Shown piece after piece: positions 46,893 to 63,208 of a stretch of DNA of 64,000 nucleotides (positions are counted from its first letter, which is position 1; the number at the start of each line of letters is the position of its first letter). The notes beneath the pieces were generated by a model, which ran no database searches, had not been told where the DNA came from, and saw nothing but the letters and a program-made list of their open reading frames with translations. A program made the translations under genes and the position numbers. Origin of the DNA: the human T2T-CHM13v2.0 reference genome, Homo sapiens. Location: NCBI RefSeq assembly GCF_009914755.1, contig NC_060930.1. One strand, given 5' to 3'.

Positions 46893-48366
46893 GTCTTTTC
46901 CATGGGTTGCCAATGGAAAAGTTAAACTAACATGCTTCATTTCATTTATTCTCACTGAAATTACTTCTTTCACTCTTAATAAGCTTTGAAGGAAGGGAAC
47001 CAAAAATGTCCAGAGGAGAGGAATCATCACAGCGCTTTTCTGTCTTGTTTCTTTATTTGTTTGAATATTGAATTATGAGATTTCCATTGCTTCTGACCCT
47101 TTCTATTTTCCTGTAAATAGTGATGGTCCAAAATTGCCTTTAAGCACTGAGCACCACTCCCTTTTACCCATCCGCATCTAATTATTTCTTTTTTCTTTTC
47201 CTCTCTTGTCAAGTTAATAGTGTCTGTCGATGTTTTTAGAGGGCAAATCATGTGTGAAGCAAGACCATTTTTAAAGTTCCTGGCACAATAGATGATCAGT
47301 CCAAATATTTGTACAATACATGCTGTGCTTCATGGATGGCTGCTGATAATTGTATTGAGGGCAAGACGCAAGGTTTCCCTCCAAGGCACAGATTCAGATT
47401 CAAAAATATTTGATAGAGACAATCAAATTGGAAAGGATGATGGAATTTGTTGCAAATAAGCTGGGAAGAGCAGTTGAAATGAGATCCAGATAACACTGTT
47501 ATTGTCCTTTACTATTTGTGAGGACACTGAGATGTATTTTGCACAAATGACTCAAATGCATTTTATTAGGAAAAAGACTCCTACAGACTATAGAGGTTTA
47601 AAAAATTTCATTTTTTCTTCATAGTCAAATGTTAAACACTTGTAAAGTTAAAGATTGTGCGCTATGTGATTTATGGCTAGAGATGAAGGGAAAAGAGAGA
47701 AGAACAGGCACCAGCCAGACAACATCTGCCCTCCAAAGAGTTTGTTTTTATTTTCTTAAAGCATTTGGGAAAATGTTTGGCAGTTACTTTTTCCTAAATC
47801 GCTATGATGAAAGCATTGCGTTAACAAGTGTGTCTTAAATGAATAACATCTCATTGTTTGTGAGAGCGTTACCTATCTGTTTTACAGTAATTCAATATTT
47901 TTGCCTTCAGTAATAAATGATATCTTATTTTTAGTGTATCTCATTCTTTCATAAGTTTTATTTAACCATGTCCCGTCACCTTAATGAGATGGGCAGTGGG
48001 TGCTCAAAGGAAACAGGCACCTAAACAGTTAAGAGTTTATCGTCATATAACTTTCATACTCTGTATGTCAGATTGATGCTATGTTTCATGAGTAGAGGCC
48101 GCAGTACTCTCTGGGTACTCTGCTTCAGTGAAAAACTTTATACAAATAATATTTGAATAGATTTAAGAAAAAATTTCATGTACTTTATAAATCTTTACAA
48201 ATAAGAAAATAAGTTCCAAAAAGGCCCCATGTCCTGCCCGTTTTTTCCTAACATTTCTGTTGATCACTGGGTTTATCAAGGATACCTTCATTTCTATTAT
48301 ATTCTGAATTTAAGGGTCCATGTAAGGTTAAAAACTTTTAAAACATCTTCCTACTTTACTACCTAT

Positions 48367-48580
48367 ATAACTGACATTTATTAAACACCAATTATGCACT
48401 AAACACTATGCCATGTATCATCAGTCATTATAAACCTATAAGAGATATACTTTATTATTCTAATTTGGCAGATTACAAAATTAGGCTCAGGTCAAATAAC
48501 TTGCTCAAAATCACATAGCTAGTGAGTTGTGGACCCAGAATTTGAACCATAGCAGCTTGATTCCAGATGTTATACTACAC
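48367..48580 (-). mobile_element. MIR
   Basis: aataacttgctcaaaatcacatagctagtgagt...atttgaacc. Confidence 0.75.
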
Positions 48581-48741
48581 TTAAAAAGCACATATATGCA
48601 GGTGTTAGATACAATAAATCATAGTACAAGTGCGTAATACATATATATTTTTTCTTTCATCGGGCAGAGTTTAAATTTTAGTTAAGGGTTGGATATTGCT
48701 ATCAATTTATAGTCATAAAAATATAACCAGAAATATAAAAA

Positions 48742-48805
48742 GGTGCTCAGCGTAGTGCCTGGGCCATAATAAATGCTCCAAATATTTGTTAAATGACTGA
48801 ATGAA
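48742..48805 (+). mobile_element. L2 3' end
   Basis: agtgcctgggccataataaatgctccaaatatttgttaaatgactgaatgaa. Confidence 0.7.
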
Positions 48806-49123
48806 AGGCATCAGGTAATCAGCATTAAGTAGTACAGATAATAACTATCATTCAAGCTTACAGAAGGAAGAAAAAAGCATTCCCTTTCTGAAAACATAAA
48901 TTGCATTTTTAAAATGTCATAATGGGAAAAACTTGACATTGACATTGCTCAGTCTAATAAAATGGACAAAAAACGAACATTTTGAGACTCTCATCTATTC
49001 AATATTTTATCTTTGACAGTGACAAAGGTGATGTTTTAACAGTAAGTGCTGCTAATAATAAGTAATGTACTTAAACATCTATTTATCTTATAAATTTTAA
49101 GACATCTATAAGTGAAGACCATG

Positions 49124-49480
49124 TACCTTGGTTTAAATGTCTCCTCCAAAACTCTTGTTGAAATGTAATTGCGATCATTACAGTGTTAAGAGATGGGACC
49201 TTTAAAAGGTGATTAGGTCACGAGGATAGAGCCCTCATGAATGGATTAATGCCATTATCTTGGGAGTAGGCTCCTGGTAAAAAATGAATTCAGCCCAATT
49301 TTCTTTCTTGAGTGTGTGTTCTCTATGTGAGACCTTCCACAATGTTTTGACCTCATCAGGAGTGGCCCCTTGATCTTGGACTTCTTGGCCTCCAGAACCA
49401 TGAGCCAATACATCTCATTTTTAAATAAATTACTCAATATGTGGTGTTCTGTTAATAGCAGCAGAAAATTGAATAAGAGA
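49124..49480 (+). mobile_element. MST (C/D-like) solo LTR
   Basis: gagccctcatgaatggattaatgcc; ccccttgatcttggacttc...cctccagaaccatgagcc; TSD ccatg/tcatg. Confidence 0.82.
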
Positions 49481-50699
49481 TCATGTTTCATAAGCTCGAT
49501 TATCTAGCATACACCAAAATCTTTGGCACATATTAAGTATGAATTTGCAATTAAATTATGAATTTCTCATGCATGAATTCTAATCACTTTCTGAGATTAG
49601 TTTCACAAGTATCTCTAAGGGATAAAAATTCCTTATGTTGAGTACACTCCATTGAAGCAGAGCTCATTTTTATTTGTATTTCATCATTCAAATATACTCA
49701 GATGTCTCATTCTACAGCAGGCTCACTCCAGGCTTCCTAACACAATCTTATAGACTCCTCAGTCTTTAGTTTTCATGTCTGACTTCTTGTTTCTTTTACT
49801 TTTCTTTCACTATTTTAAGAAGGTTTTGAATCTAGGTAATATAGAATTATCTATGTTCTGTTCTGTATCATATCTTGGAAACAATGTTAGAAGAAAAATA
49901 TAATTACAAAAACAGCTTGATTAGCCTTTTAAGAGGTAAAATATCCAGCATCTTTATGGAAAAATAATGTAGTCAAATAATTATTTTGAAAGATGTAATT
50001 ATTTTGAAAGATGTAGAGCATATGTATTGTGTATGTATGTTTGCATGATGACACTTAAATATCAGAAACTAAAAAAAACTCTTTATGAAGAAAGAATACA
50101 TTATTTAAATATGTAATTTTAAAACTGTTCTATATACATATTCCATATCACTTATTCTACAACACTGCTAATTTTTCTATGTTCCTATTCAAAATGCTTC
50201 ATATTCATTTATAACATAAAGTACAAATATCTTAACCTGGCATTGAAAGTAAGATCTATTTTAAACTTATCTTCACGATCTTACCTTTGCCATTTCCATT
50301 AGAGAAACTTCACATCATACTCATTGACTTATTATCCCTCAAATAAGTTTTTTTTTAACTCCTTCCAAATATTTATTCTTTCTATGTTCTGTTCATTTCA
50401 GCTCATTGTGCTCTTTATTTACCTTCTTGGAACACTTGTAATTATTAATTATACCTCGTTTTTTAATTAATCAAATATTTTCCTGCTAAAGAATGGCTTT
50501 GTAATTCAAGGATAATTGCCTTGAAAGACAAAAGACCACAGTTGCAATGTTATTTTAGTTTGCCAGTAAGGAGCTGTGTGACCCTGGTAAGTCAATTAAA
50601 CTTCTTTTATTCTAAGATTTATTAAGTCTAGGTAAACATTTTAGCATACCTTTTTAAAAACACTCTTAATCTAGGAGTCGGTGTTATATAAAATGAAAT

Positions 50700-51230
50700 T
50701 TTCAAATTTGTTACTCTTCAATTAAATAGAAATCGTTATATTAGTGATTATCATTCTCTACCCATTAGACTGGCAAAAACGGAAAATGTCTTTAACCTAC
50801 ACTGCTTGTTGAGACATGGTGAAAAATCACTTGTTCACTACTGGAAGAAATGTGAAGTGTTTCTGCCTTTATGGATATATGTATGTATAGATATCATTCA
50901 ACCAACAAATTTTATCACTAGAAATACCTCATAGAAATAAAAAGCATCAGTATTTAAAAATATATATACATGAGTATTAATTGCTGCATGTTTAATATAA
51001 AAATTTTCTTCATAGGAGTAAAGTAGCAAATAAAAGTGGATGGAGGAAAAGAGTGTGCCTATCAACAGGTCAAACTGATTTATCATGCACATGAACCATT
51101 ATGAATAAATGGATTGGACTTATGTGAAATGACTTGTGAGAACTTCCGTGAAGTTTTAGTTGAGTGAAAAGGGAGCAGAATAACATTGAAAATGCAGAAT
51201 TTATAGGTTGCAATTATAAACAGCATTTTC
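50700..51230 (+). mobile_element. L1ME-type 3' fragment
   Basis: acccattagactggcaaaaa; atatcattcaaccaacaaattt; very diverged. Confidence 0.55.
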
Positions 51231-52290
51231 TACCCACAACTGCTCTTGTGGATTTAGTAGAGCTCTAGAAGTTCTCCTGCCACTTGGCAAAATCTAGGGC
51301 AAACTCACAATTTCTGCTCACTGTTAGAAAATAAAATGTCTTTCAGTCATTTGAGCTTACAAAAGATCCAGTTTAGTAACTAATGTGTCCAGTCGATGTG
51401 ATAATTAAAGACTTCATTCAAAGTTAAAGCTTTTAGTCTCCCTAGCTCTGGTCTGGTGCTGAAGAAAAGGCTATCTGCCTGGCTATGTTTCCGCCCTTTT
51501 GGCCATGACTGATTAGGTTTGGTTTCTAACTCCTCGAGCATCAAAGACTGGTAGTAGAGGAAGGGAGGAGGAGAGCTTTGTAAAGGATTAGGAAAGATCT
51601 TGTGTGACTAAGTTGTCCTGACTTGGTATTTTCCAGGCTTGGCAAATGTTTAAAGCTGACTCTATTTCTGATGAATGGTTTGTGGGTTCTTTAGAGAACT
51701 TCCTATTACTGAGTACGTCTCCTTGCAGTTCACTTGACTTGAGCTGATACAACTCTTTGTCTGCTATTATCCAATTTCTTCCTAGTCCCCTGGGCATCTG
51801 GGTGTACACTTCAGCGTCCCTCTGCTGAAGCCTCTTCACCACTCCCAAAAGCCCTCTTGGCAGGATCTACAGCAGCGCCATACCAACCCTCTCTTCTATA
51901 GTTCATGTCTTGTTCATGGGAAAGATACACCCCTGGCCCTCTGTTGACAGACCACAGTATATTTCCAATCATAGCTCTCTATTCTGCTGACCCAATCTCC
52001 TTCAGCAGTTCTCTCACCTTTTGTCCCTATCAGCACTGAGCTCACATATCAAGCTCTGCCACTGGTTTCTCTGAAATCCCACTCACTAGGCTTGAGGCAA
52101 GAGATAAGCCCTTTCATCCAGTCTCCCATGGGAGCAGCGGTTGGCATTCTCAGCTAATTGGTAGCTCTCTCCAGTGAAATCTTCAGTCTTCAACTCTGGG
52201 CTCTTCAATCTCCACCCTTTTGTATTCTGCTTGGAAGATGGTCTAAAATTTGCTTTTCAATCCTCTACTTTGTATATTCTGTCTATATGA

Positions 52291-52637
<347 letters not shown>

Positions 52638-52672
52638 ACCTTTTACTGTTTTTGATATAATCTCACTTTATA

Positions 52673-53228
52673 TGTACATTAGTTGTCTATTGCTGCATAA
52701 TAACAATTTTATCACAAATTTAGCAGCTTAAAACATCACAGTTTTATTATTTCACAGTTTCTGTGAGTCAGAAGTTAGGCCATGGCTTAACTGGAACCTC
52801 TCTTCAGGGTCTCACAAGACTGTGTAATCAGGGTGTTAGCTGTGGCTTGTCTGGGGAAGGATCCCCTTCCCAATTCACATGTCTGCTGGCAGCACTCAGT
52901 TCTTGTAGATTGTTGGACTGAGAGTGTGTGTTTCTCGCAGGCTGTCAGCTGCAGACTGCCCCCAGTTCCGGGCCGTGTGGGCTTTCCTAACGTGACCACT
53001 GGCATCCTCAAAGCAGTAAGAGGGAGAAAGCCATTCCTTAAGACAGGCGCTACAATCTTATGTGACATAATCACATACATGTAATCATGTATACTCAATC
53101 ACCTTTCCTATACTTGACTTATTAGAAACAAGTTGATCCCCCTCCTGCTCAAGGTGAGGGAATTATACAAGGGTGAGAATATCAAAAGGTGAGAATTATG
53201 GGGGTCACATTAAAGTCTGTCTGCCACA
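52673..53228 (-). mobile_element. MLT1 (E/F-like) solo LTR
   Basis: ctattgctgcataataac...ttagcagcttaaaac...cacagtttctgtgagtcag; ends gtctgtctgccaca. Confidence 0.85.
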
Positions 53229-53715
53229 ATGTGATAAACAATTTTAAAAATCAGATATATGTTTGTGTTTGTCTATGAGTGTAGGTATATGTCTATAAAA
53301 TATTCTGCGGCTACGGAGAAAGACACTAGGCTTTGATACAGGTTATCATGAAGGGAGATAATGGAATGTTTTAGTATAATAAGGAAGAGGAAAATGGGGC
53401 AGGGAATCCAAAAGACAAAAAAAAATTGCTCATTTAAAAATAAGCATGCATATTATCACAGTTATTCATTTATATAAAATACATATATATGAACTATATA
53501 TACATGTACATGAATTATATGTAAAGAAATTAAATGAAAACTATGTTACAAATAAAAAATTAAAAAAGAAAGATTTATTTTCTTGCTTTTCTTATAAGAT
53601 GCTTTTTCCAAATTTGGTTAATAGAACTGAAGTGTTGTGTTTTTTTTTTTGAAAACAATGTAAAAACAACAATAGTGCCAAAAGCAAAAACTTTAGCAAA
53701 TGAACAGCATTTTTA

Positions 53716-55364
<1,649 letters not shown>

Positions 55365-55959
55365 GAACAGCATTTTTAGTTATGTAATTTACAACTTTAG
55401 AACGTTAAACTGTTTCTACGCACAGATGTAACAATCAAAGTGTCTTCAAATGTACACATATACCACAGACATCACACCATGCCCCCCAACCCCTCAACTA
55501 CATATCAGAGTCCAGCTTTGCTATTAGTTTGCAGGGTAAGAGAATGGAATTTGGTGAAGTGATTGTCAAGTGTTTAAAAACTGTCTAAAAGGTTCTGTTT
55601 TGGAGCATCCAAGAAGAAAACAACAAATGAAAATAGTTATCAGATTCAAAATAATTCCAATTGAATAGTAAACCTCAATATTTGGAAGCTGGTAACTACA
55701 GAAAGAAAATGATAATAGTATTATTATTTAATTACCTAGACACAATAGTAATCTAGCTTCTTTAACAAAATGAGATATAGATTCAATTTTCCAAAGAACT
55801 AAGTATCATATAAATTTTGATAGGTAGAAATTGAATGAAAAAGGCAAAAAGATTTAAGCCTTTTAGGTATATTGAATTGATAGACCTAGCACAAAATTTA
55901 GTGTTTGTCACTTTCTCATGGGGGTCTACCTAGTTTATGGCCTTTCTTCCTACTTTCCT

Positions 55960-56260
55960 TTTCTTCTCTCTCTTGCTGTGGTATGAGTTGCTTTGATTCC
56001 TGTCTTTATTTCCTCCTCTTAATCTAGATCCCTTTTAATCTAGATTCAACATTTTTTTTTCTCTCTGACAGAGTTGATGACTTTTCAGCTCTCCTCTTCC
56101 ATGAAATCATGTTTCCATTATCACACTTAAATTGCTCTCAAAATTATTTGCTTATAAGCTGTCATCTCCAGCAAAGTGGGAGCCCTCGTTTATCTCTTTT
56201 TCACCCAATATGTGTACCGCGCTTGGCATTTTGGCAGTATGTATTGATGAATGAATGAGT
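55960..56260 (+). mobile_element. Degenerate L2
   Basis: Ends gcttggcattttggcagtatgtattgatgaatgaatga. Confidence 0.45.
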
Positions 56261-56391
56261 CTTTCACTTATTTTTATAATGTGTTTGCCTCTGTAGCTTT
56301 ACTCACCTATACTCTATCCTCCCTTTACTACTTTTCGTTCTGCAAGGCCCAAACGTTTTATAGTTGGAAGGAAACTGAGAAATGAAGCATT

Positions 56392-56560
56392 CAGTGTTTC
56401 TAAGGGTACAGTCTATGAAATCTAGGTTTTAGAGTACCCACTCATTAAAACTGTATATTCCAGAGTGCAAACCCACATCTACTGAAACAGAATCATTTGG
56501 GTAGGTTTAAAGAACTGATCTCGTTTACAAACTCCTGCATTATTATGCAAACTAATTGAG
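56392..56560. mobile_element. MER5-type (hAT-Charlie) DNA transposon relic
   Basis: cagtgtttctaa start; acatctactgaaacagaatc. Confidence 0.5.
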
Positions 56561-58123
56561 TAATTTATAAATGAAATAAAAAAGAGTCAACTTGAATCCT
56601 TAGGACTTGGGAAGCCATTTAGGGACCAATGTGATAATATCCAAAATTGTGACAAAGGTCAATGCATTCCTTAATTTCTTCCTTTCTGAATGTATGTGAC
56701 TTAAAGGGCACACATGAGTACCAATACTTGGATTTTTTTGGCATGAAATAAACTTATCCTAGAGAATGTGTTCTATTACTTAGATTAATACCATGAAATT
56801 GACTTATGTTCAAGCTCTAGTTATGAAGATCCCTGTGGATCGGCATGGGAAGGTGGCCTGTTTGCATTTGGATGTATCTAAATGGAAACATTTACGGCCA
56901 CTCAGTAATCATTACTGAACTCAGGTAATAAGAATAAATCTGTTCTATGTGCTTAGATTGTATAGTCGGGTATAGTTTTCATAGTCGTTTATCTCATAGG
57001 ACTTTGTAAGGCTTTTCATTGATTTTGTATTTGTGTGCCCATTATTGAAAGCAGTGGTAGGACTGGTGCACTATTAGATTATTTATATAGCTAAGAAGTC
57101 ATAGGTTTCTCTTAAGGTGTTGCCTTTTTAGTTGAATTTGAAAGGACTCCAGTGATTATTCCCTTTCTAGGAAAGAGCCTAACTGTAAACAGAAAGAGGT
57201 CCACGTAAGAACTATGATATCTATGTTTAGTTGTCATATATTTTCTCTCTCCTTCCCGTTTTTAATTCCCCTTCCTACTTTCCTGTTTCTCTCTCTCCTT
57301 CTCTTCTTTTCTTTCTCCATCTCCCTGCTGAATTCTCTGACACATATATACACAATTAAGGAGTGAATAAAACAAGTTAATATCACTCTCAAATTGTTAA
57401 CAAAACTCAGATGTGTTTCCAATTTAAGACCCAATTACAGTTCCATTTTTAGTTTTTCCATACACAGCTGCATACCATGTTATTCACAATTTTCCCTTTG
57501 CCAAAGATAGTTAAACATTGATTTAAGACAATCTGACAACAATGTACATTTTCTTCAAATATTGTCTTCAAAATCACAAATAGTCTTTTATATATTCTTC
57601 ATAAGAATTCTGAAGTGTTACTCTTAAAGATGTTACTACTTATGTGTATAAATAGAAGTGAAAAAACTAAAATGCATTCCTCCCCATCATTTAGAGGTGC
57701 TATGCCAAGTCTTTAAACTCATGTGGACTTGTCTTCCGGGACATGTGCTTTACTTCTACACTGAAAAGATTCACCCCTCATGCTGACTGATGCCCCTCTA
57801 TGATGGCCTGGCTACTGTCTCCTTTCAATCACCTAAGAAAAATTACTTAGAGAAATTGAAAAAACTTTGAGTAGCATTCTCTAGTCAATCACTTTCTCAT
57901 AAAACTGAGACCCACGTAGGTTGGAGTGACTTGCCTTTGGTTACAAATGAGGCCATGATGAGGATAGGTATAGAGCCCGTTGCTCATGATGTTCATTTTT
58001 TTTCAGGCAGTAATTTCTTGCAGAATTTTGTTCTCCTTCTTGTGCTTTTGGTTGCTCCAGCATAAGCCTTTAAAATGTGGTACTTTTGCTATGAGCTGTG
58101 CAAGTTCAAACCAAAAAGAGATA

Positions 58124-58460
<337 letters not shown>

Positions 58461-61153
58461 CTATTATAAGTTGATCTGGAAGGTGATTTTTAGGCTAGTT
58501 CTTAAAGAGCAGTTTGGACCACACATCCTTTTTAAAATCCGTAGCTGAATTTGGAGGCTGACATACTGAAATAAATTTCCATAAACCCATTGGAAAAAAA
58601 TATTTCTTCACATTTACTTCTAGTTTACTCTTTGTCAGTCTTTGGATTGCTTCCTGATTGATGAGAACAAGATTTTAAGTTTTATGAGGTAAGTATTATT
58701 GTTCCCATGATGCAAGTGAGGAAACTCCCAGGAAGAGTTTATGAACTCTTTGTGAACATGATGAAATATATGAAAATAAGTTACTGAAGCTTTCTATAAG
58801 GCTTCTAAAGCCATGATACAGGGAAAATAATATCAACCTCACAGCAGCTGAGGTGATCCAGTGAAACAGTGCCTGTGAAGTTCTCAGCATGGTGCTGGAC
58901 CACTGTTGGCACCCAGTGTGAGGTTACTATCATAGAGTTCCTAAAGGTTTTAATTTAAAGTACAGGTAGGAAATGATGTTCCTCAGAGAATTTTAAGCAT
59001 AGCTTAATGAGAGCTATCAGATGTCCTTTGAGTGAATTCCTAAAGGAGCTTTATAAATGAAACTGTTGGGTAGGCCTTCATTTTAGGAATGGGCCATTAG
59101 TCATCTAATGTGCTATCTGATAGACTTCAATTAGCCCAGGACTGAAAATTGAGGTTTGATGTGAAACAAATTTTACCACGCTGATAGAGAGTTTGGACTT
59201 TCAGGCTGCTAGCACATGGGCATCCTCCACTTCTGGTAAATGTGTTTGGGAGCACAAATCACTTGACTCTGCTTCGATATTCACCAGGCCAGGAGTAACC
59301 TTTACATTTAAGAGCAATTTACATTTGCTGATCTCATAAGATAAAGAATCCAATAAAACAAAAACTATGAAAGTGCTATTAATCCTTTGAGAAGAAATGA
59401 TGTAACTTCAAAGGAGGGCTATGTTGTCTTTATGACAGATTTTGGGTAGTGCCAGGTTAGCAAGTGCAAAGTTATTAAAATTGCTACAGATAGGGATACA
59501 TACTTCCAACCACCAACTATTACATGATTCACTTCTTAGGATACTTTTAATAATTCTATAAACAATATTATTGTGCCCATAACAATGGGGTAAGATGGGT
59601 AATAATGTTGGAAGCTTTTGAATGGTTTTTATAGAAATAGCTGTAATATTTTGAAACAAAAGCAGAACCACTTTGAATTTCCTATCCTTTTTCACTGTCT
59701 TTGCTGAAAATAGATATTAGAGACAGAAAGAAGTAAAAGGGTGAAGACAGAAAAACACTTCTACAGAGAAATAAAAAAAAAAGCACTAAAATTGCAAAAT
59801 AATACCCAACTTGGCAGAGTCTAAAACAAATATGTTTTAAATTTGGCCCTGGAAGATTTCTGTGGTATAATCCACTAAGAAAGACTGAGTAAAGGGCCAT
59901 CTCCATTTAAATCCTTTCCAATGGCAACTGGAATTTGTGCTGTGCTGGCTTTAGTTAGATCTGAGGGAAGAATTAGGCCCATTTGTTTTTTAAAGAGATT
60001 TTAAGGCAGAAGACTAAGCCGGTGTACAAAAGATTTTGGATTGATAAAAATGTAATCATCTTTTTTGAAGCCAATAATAGTATCTATCTAGTTTGCAAGT
60101 ATTTATTTTGAATTTGCAAGTTAAATGAGTTTTCTAGGGATGGAGTGAACAGGGGTAATGAGTAGCAACTCTGCCTGGGCTGGTCTAGGATAAAGTGGGT
60201 CTTAAGGAGCATCAGAGTGATGCTCAGTGATCTTTTGGAGTAGACTCTTGACAGACTAGCCATGATATTTTTGAAAGCATATTTACTAAAGAATATGATA
60301 CATGCACACAGTTAAGAATACACAAACCTGAGCCTGAGACCTCAATAATATTAATTGTTCATTTCTGGAGATGACACAGACAATCCATTACAAGAAATAA
60401 ACAAACTGCATTTTGCTGTGTGGATTTATATGAGGAAGCTTAAATGGCAAATAATGGATGATTCTAACAACTTCAGTACCTATTGAGAGCAAGAAATTGA
60501 GACATTCTCATTTAATAATAAATTATTCTAAAGTGCAATGTTGCTGAATGAATAGAAAGTGACCTTGAAATCAAGATCACTTTGGTTCTGAGAACCAAGG
60601 CATGATAAAGGTGAGGCTTATACAGTTTATGTACAACTGAGCTCCTGAGACCATGTGCATGTGTTCAAGAGACCCATTGTGCTGAGTTATTATTATTATT
60701 TGTCTCAGTGATGTGTTCTCATTACAGAAATTGTATACAATTCTTAGAGACTATCCCCTGACATGATGTTTTCCCTATGAGCAACGAACTAAATCCCCAT
60801 GTATGTGTTGACAGGAAAATTCAAAACAAATTTCTTGAAGGAAGATCATGTCTTCTTCATCTTCGTGCATCTTGGGCCCAGGGATACAAACTACAGAGTT
60901 TCTAAACAAGTGGTTTAGGTCCGAGACCTGCCTGAAAATGAACCTCTATTCAGCAATGATAGCACAGCAAAACACACTGTTTTTATACTTTGATTGTGTG
61001 TTCCTTTAATATGAATCCAGAAGGTGCTGGGAGAGATTAACCAGGAGCCAGAGCTCCACCAGGCCTCCTTCTTTTGGTGCCTCCGAAGTACATGCAACAT
61101 TCAACTTAGCCACTTAATAAAAGCTTGCTAATTGGAATGGACGTAAAATACAC

Positions 61154-61226
61154 TATATATATTACACATACATTTTATTCATACATATAATATATATATT
61201 TTATACACACACACAGACACACACAC
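61154..61226. repeat. TA/CA-rich microsatellite
   Basis: Visible run. Confidence 0.8.
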
Positions 61227-61633
61227 GTACAGGAACCTATCATTTGTAAATATTACAACTCAGCTATTAGTGCTCGCTTTAATTCCTGCATCACACGCTG
61301 TTAGGAGTCAGTATCCTACCTCACTTTGTGTTGCTATTTCTCTCCTTATGTATATTTCTTTCTTTCTAAGCATAGTGGGTATGAAATCTTCTAGGGCATA
61401 AATGACCTTATATACAAATATAAAATTTTTGTTAATAATGATATTTGTAGACACAAAAAGACATCAGTACACTTCAGAATAGATCTACACTGTTTTTGCA
61501 ATTGTGGATGATATGGCTTAATCTTTATATAGGAATATGGATGTACCATATATGTATTTCTATTATTTAAAGGGCATCATAGATGCTGAGCCACTGTGTA
61601 TACTTACCAAGTGCTTTACTGACCCCATCAGCC

Positions 61634-62017
61634 TGATATGGTTTGGATTTGTGTCCCCACCCAAATTTCATGTCGAATTATAATCCCCAATGTTGGAGAA
61701 GGGGTCTGGTGGGAGGTGATGGGATCATGGGTGCAGATTTCTTCCTTGCTGTTCTCATCATGATGAGTGAGTTCTCATGAGATCTGGCTGTTTAAAAGTG
61801 TGTGGCACCTCCCCCTTCTCTCTCTTTCTCCTGCTCCAGCCATGTAAGACATGCTTGCTTCCCCTTCACCTTCTGCCATGATTGAAAGTTTCCTGAGGCC
61901 TCCCCAGCCATGCTTCTTGTACAGCCAATGGAACTGTGAGCCAATTAAACCTCCTTTCTTTATACATTACCCAGTTTTAAGTATTTCTTTATAGCAGTGT
62001 GAGAATGGACTAATACA
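61634..62017 (+). mobile_element. MSTA solo LTR
   Basis: tgatatggtttggatttgtgtccccac...aagtgtgtggcacctcccc...gagaatggactaataca. Confidence 0.92.
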
Positions 62018-63208
62018 GCCCCTAAAAGTGCTATGGCCTTAACCTTAACCAGCACTTACTCAAAGGATGGGCCACTGAGAGATTCTCACATGACTGTGGC
62101 CTGGCTTTTTATTTGAAGAAGGAATTGGTATTTACCTTAAGAATTGGGAAGGAAGGAAGGGAAGAACAGGTAGAAAGACAGGGAGATACAATTTCACTTT
62201 CTTTTCAGTGAAATAAACACCAGCTCAAAAATATTTCCACCATAAATCTCTGATTATTGAATATTAATTTCTGGTCTTGGCTTTACAACATCCAAAGGCA
62301 TTTTCAATTACTATTCAAAATTCATACAGTTTTTCAGACCAAAATAGCTTTGGTTGAATCTAAATGTCAAATTTATTATATATTTTACTATACATTTTTT
62401 CCCCCTAGGACATGAGAAAGGAGCTGGTAGAGACAGGAAAAAACTTATCACATAATCAAATAACAAAAAGGTGTTGCATTGCCAAAAAATGTTTGGGAAT
62501 TTCTTTTCTGGGCCATCCCACTTCCTTATTTTTGTTTCTAGACTGAAATGGTACACAGCATATTCCACTTCCTTTTTCTCTTAAAACCTGTTATAGTTTT
62601 GTTTAGTTTGAGGTCAGTCTAACCATGCCCCTCACTTAGAGGCTATATAACCTCAGCGTAGGAGGCTGAAATATTCTCCCTTCTGGTTGGCTGAGGGACA
62701 CATTAACAAAAGCAGATACTTTAGTATTACTCTAGAATCAGAAGGAAAAACAATGTGAATTTTCTCAGTTTTCCAAACAGCAGCTCTGTGAAAGGAACAC
62801 GTCCATGTAGCTTATTGGTATTAATTCCATAAAGGCAACCTAAAAATCTAAACTGGGAGCAGTTATTGTAAAGCATCTAGTCATGTGAGTTTTATTGAAT
62901 AATTTATTACTATTAAAACAAAAAAATTTTAAATTCTTTTAACGGTTAAAAAAATGGATATATGGTTTACTGATGGTAAACACTGAAGGACTGGTCTTTG
63001 CCTTGGGAATCTTGACAAAAGCTTCTGAAGCCATTTAAAAACCTGATGGATTAGGATGATCATTTTCCAGCCATTTGTTTTTTGGTGTTAATTGCTTTTA
63101 ATCCTTAGAGACTTATCCATTAATCTGTTTCCTGGGGAAGAAGTTGAATCTTTGTGTCAAGTTTCTAAATCACCATTAAGAAATGCTAACATTAAAAATA
63201 TTATCTCA

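Noticed and set aside
51240-52270. GC-richer segment that may be an ancient LTR
   Set aside because: I could not recognise a family or termini; needs a Dfam search
58639-58694. Exon-like segment ending GAG/GTAAGT
   Set aside because: The donor lies in an antisense MIR-like motif (tatgaggtaagtattatt...gaggaaact); no independent support
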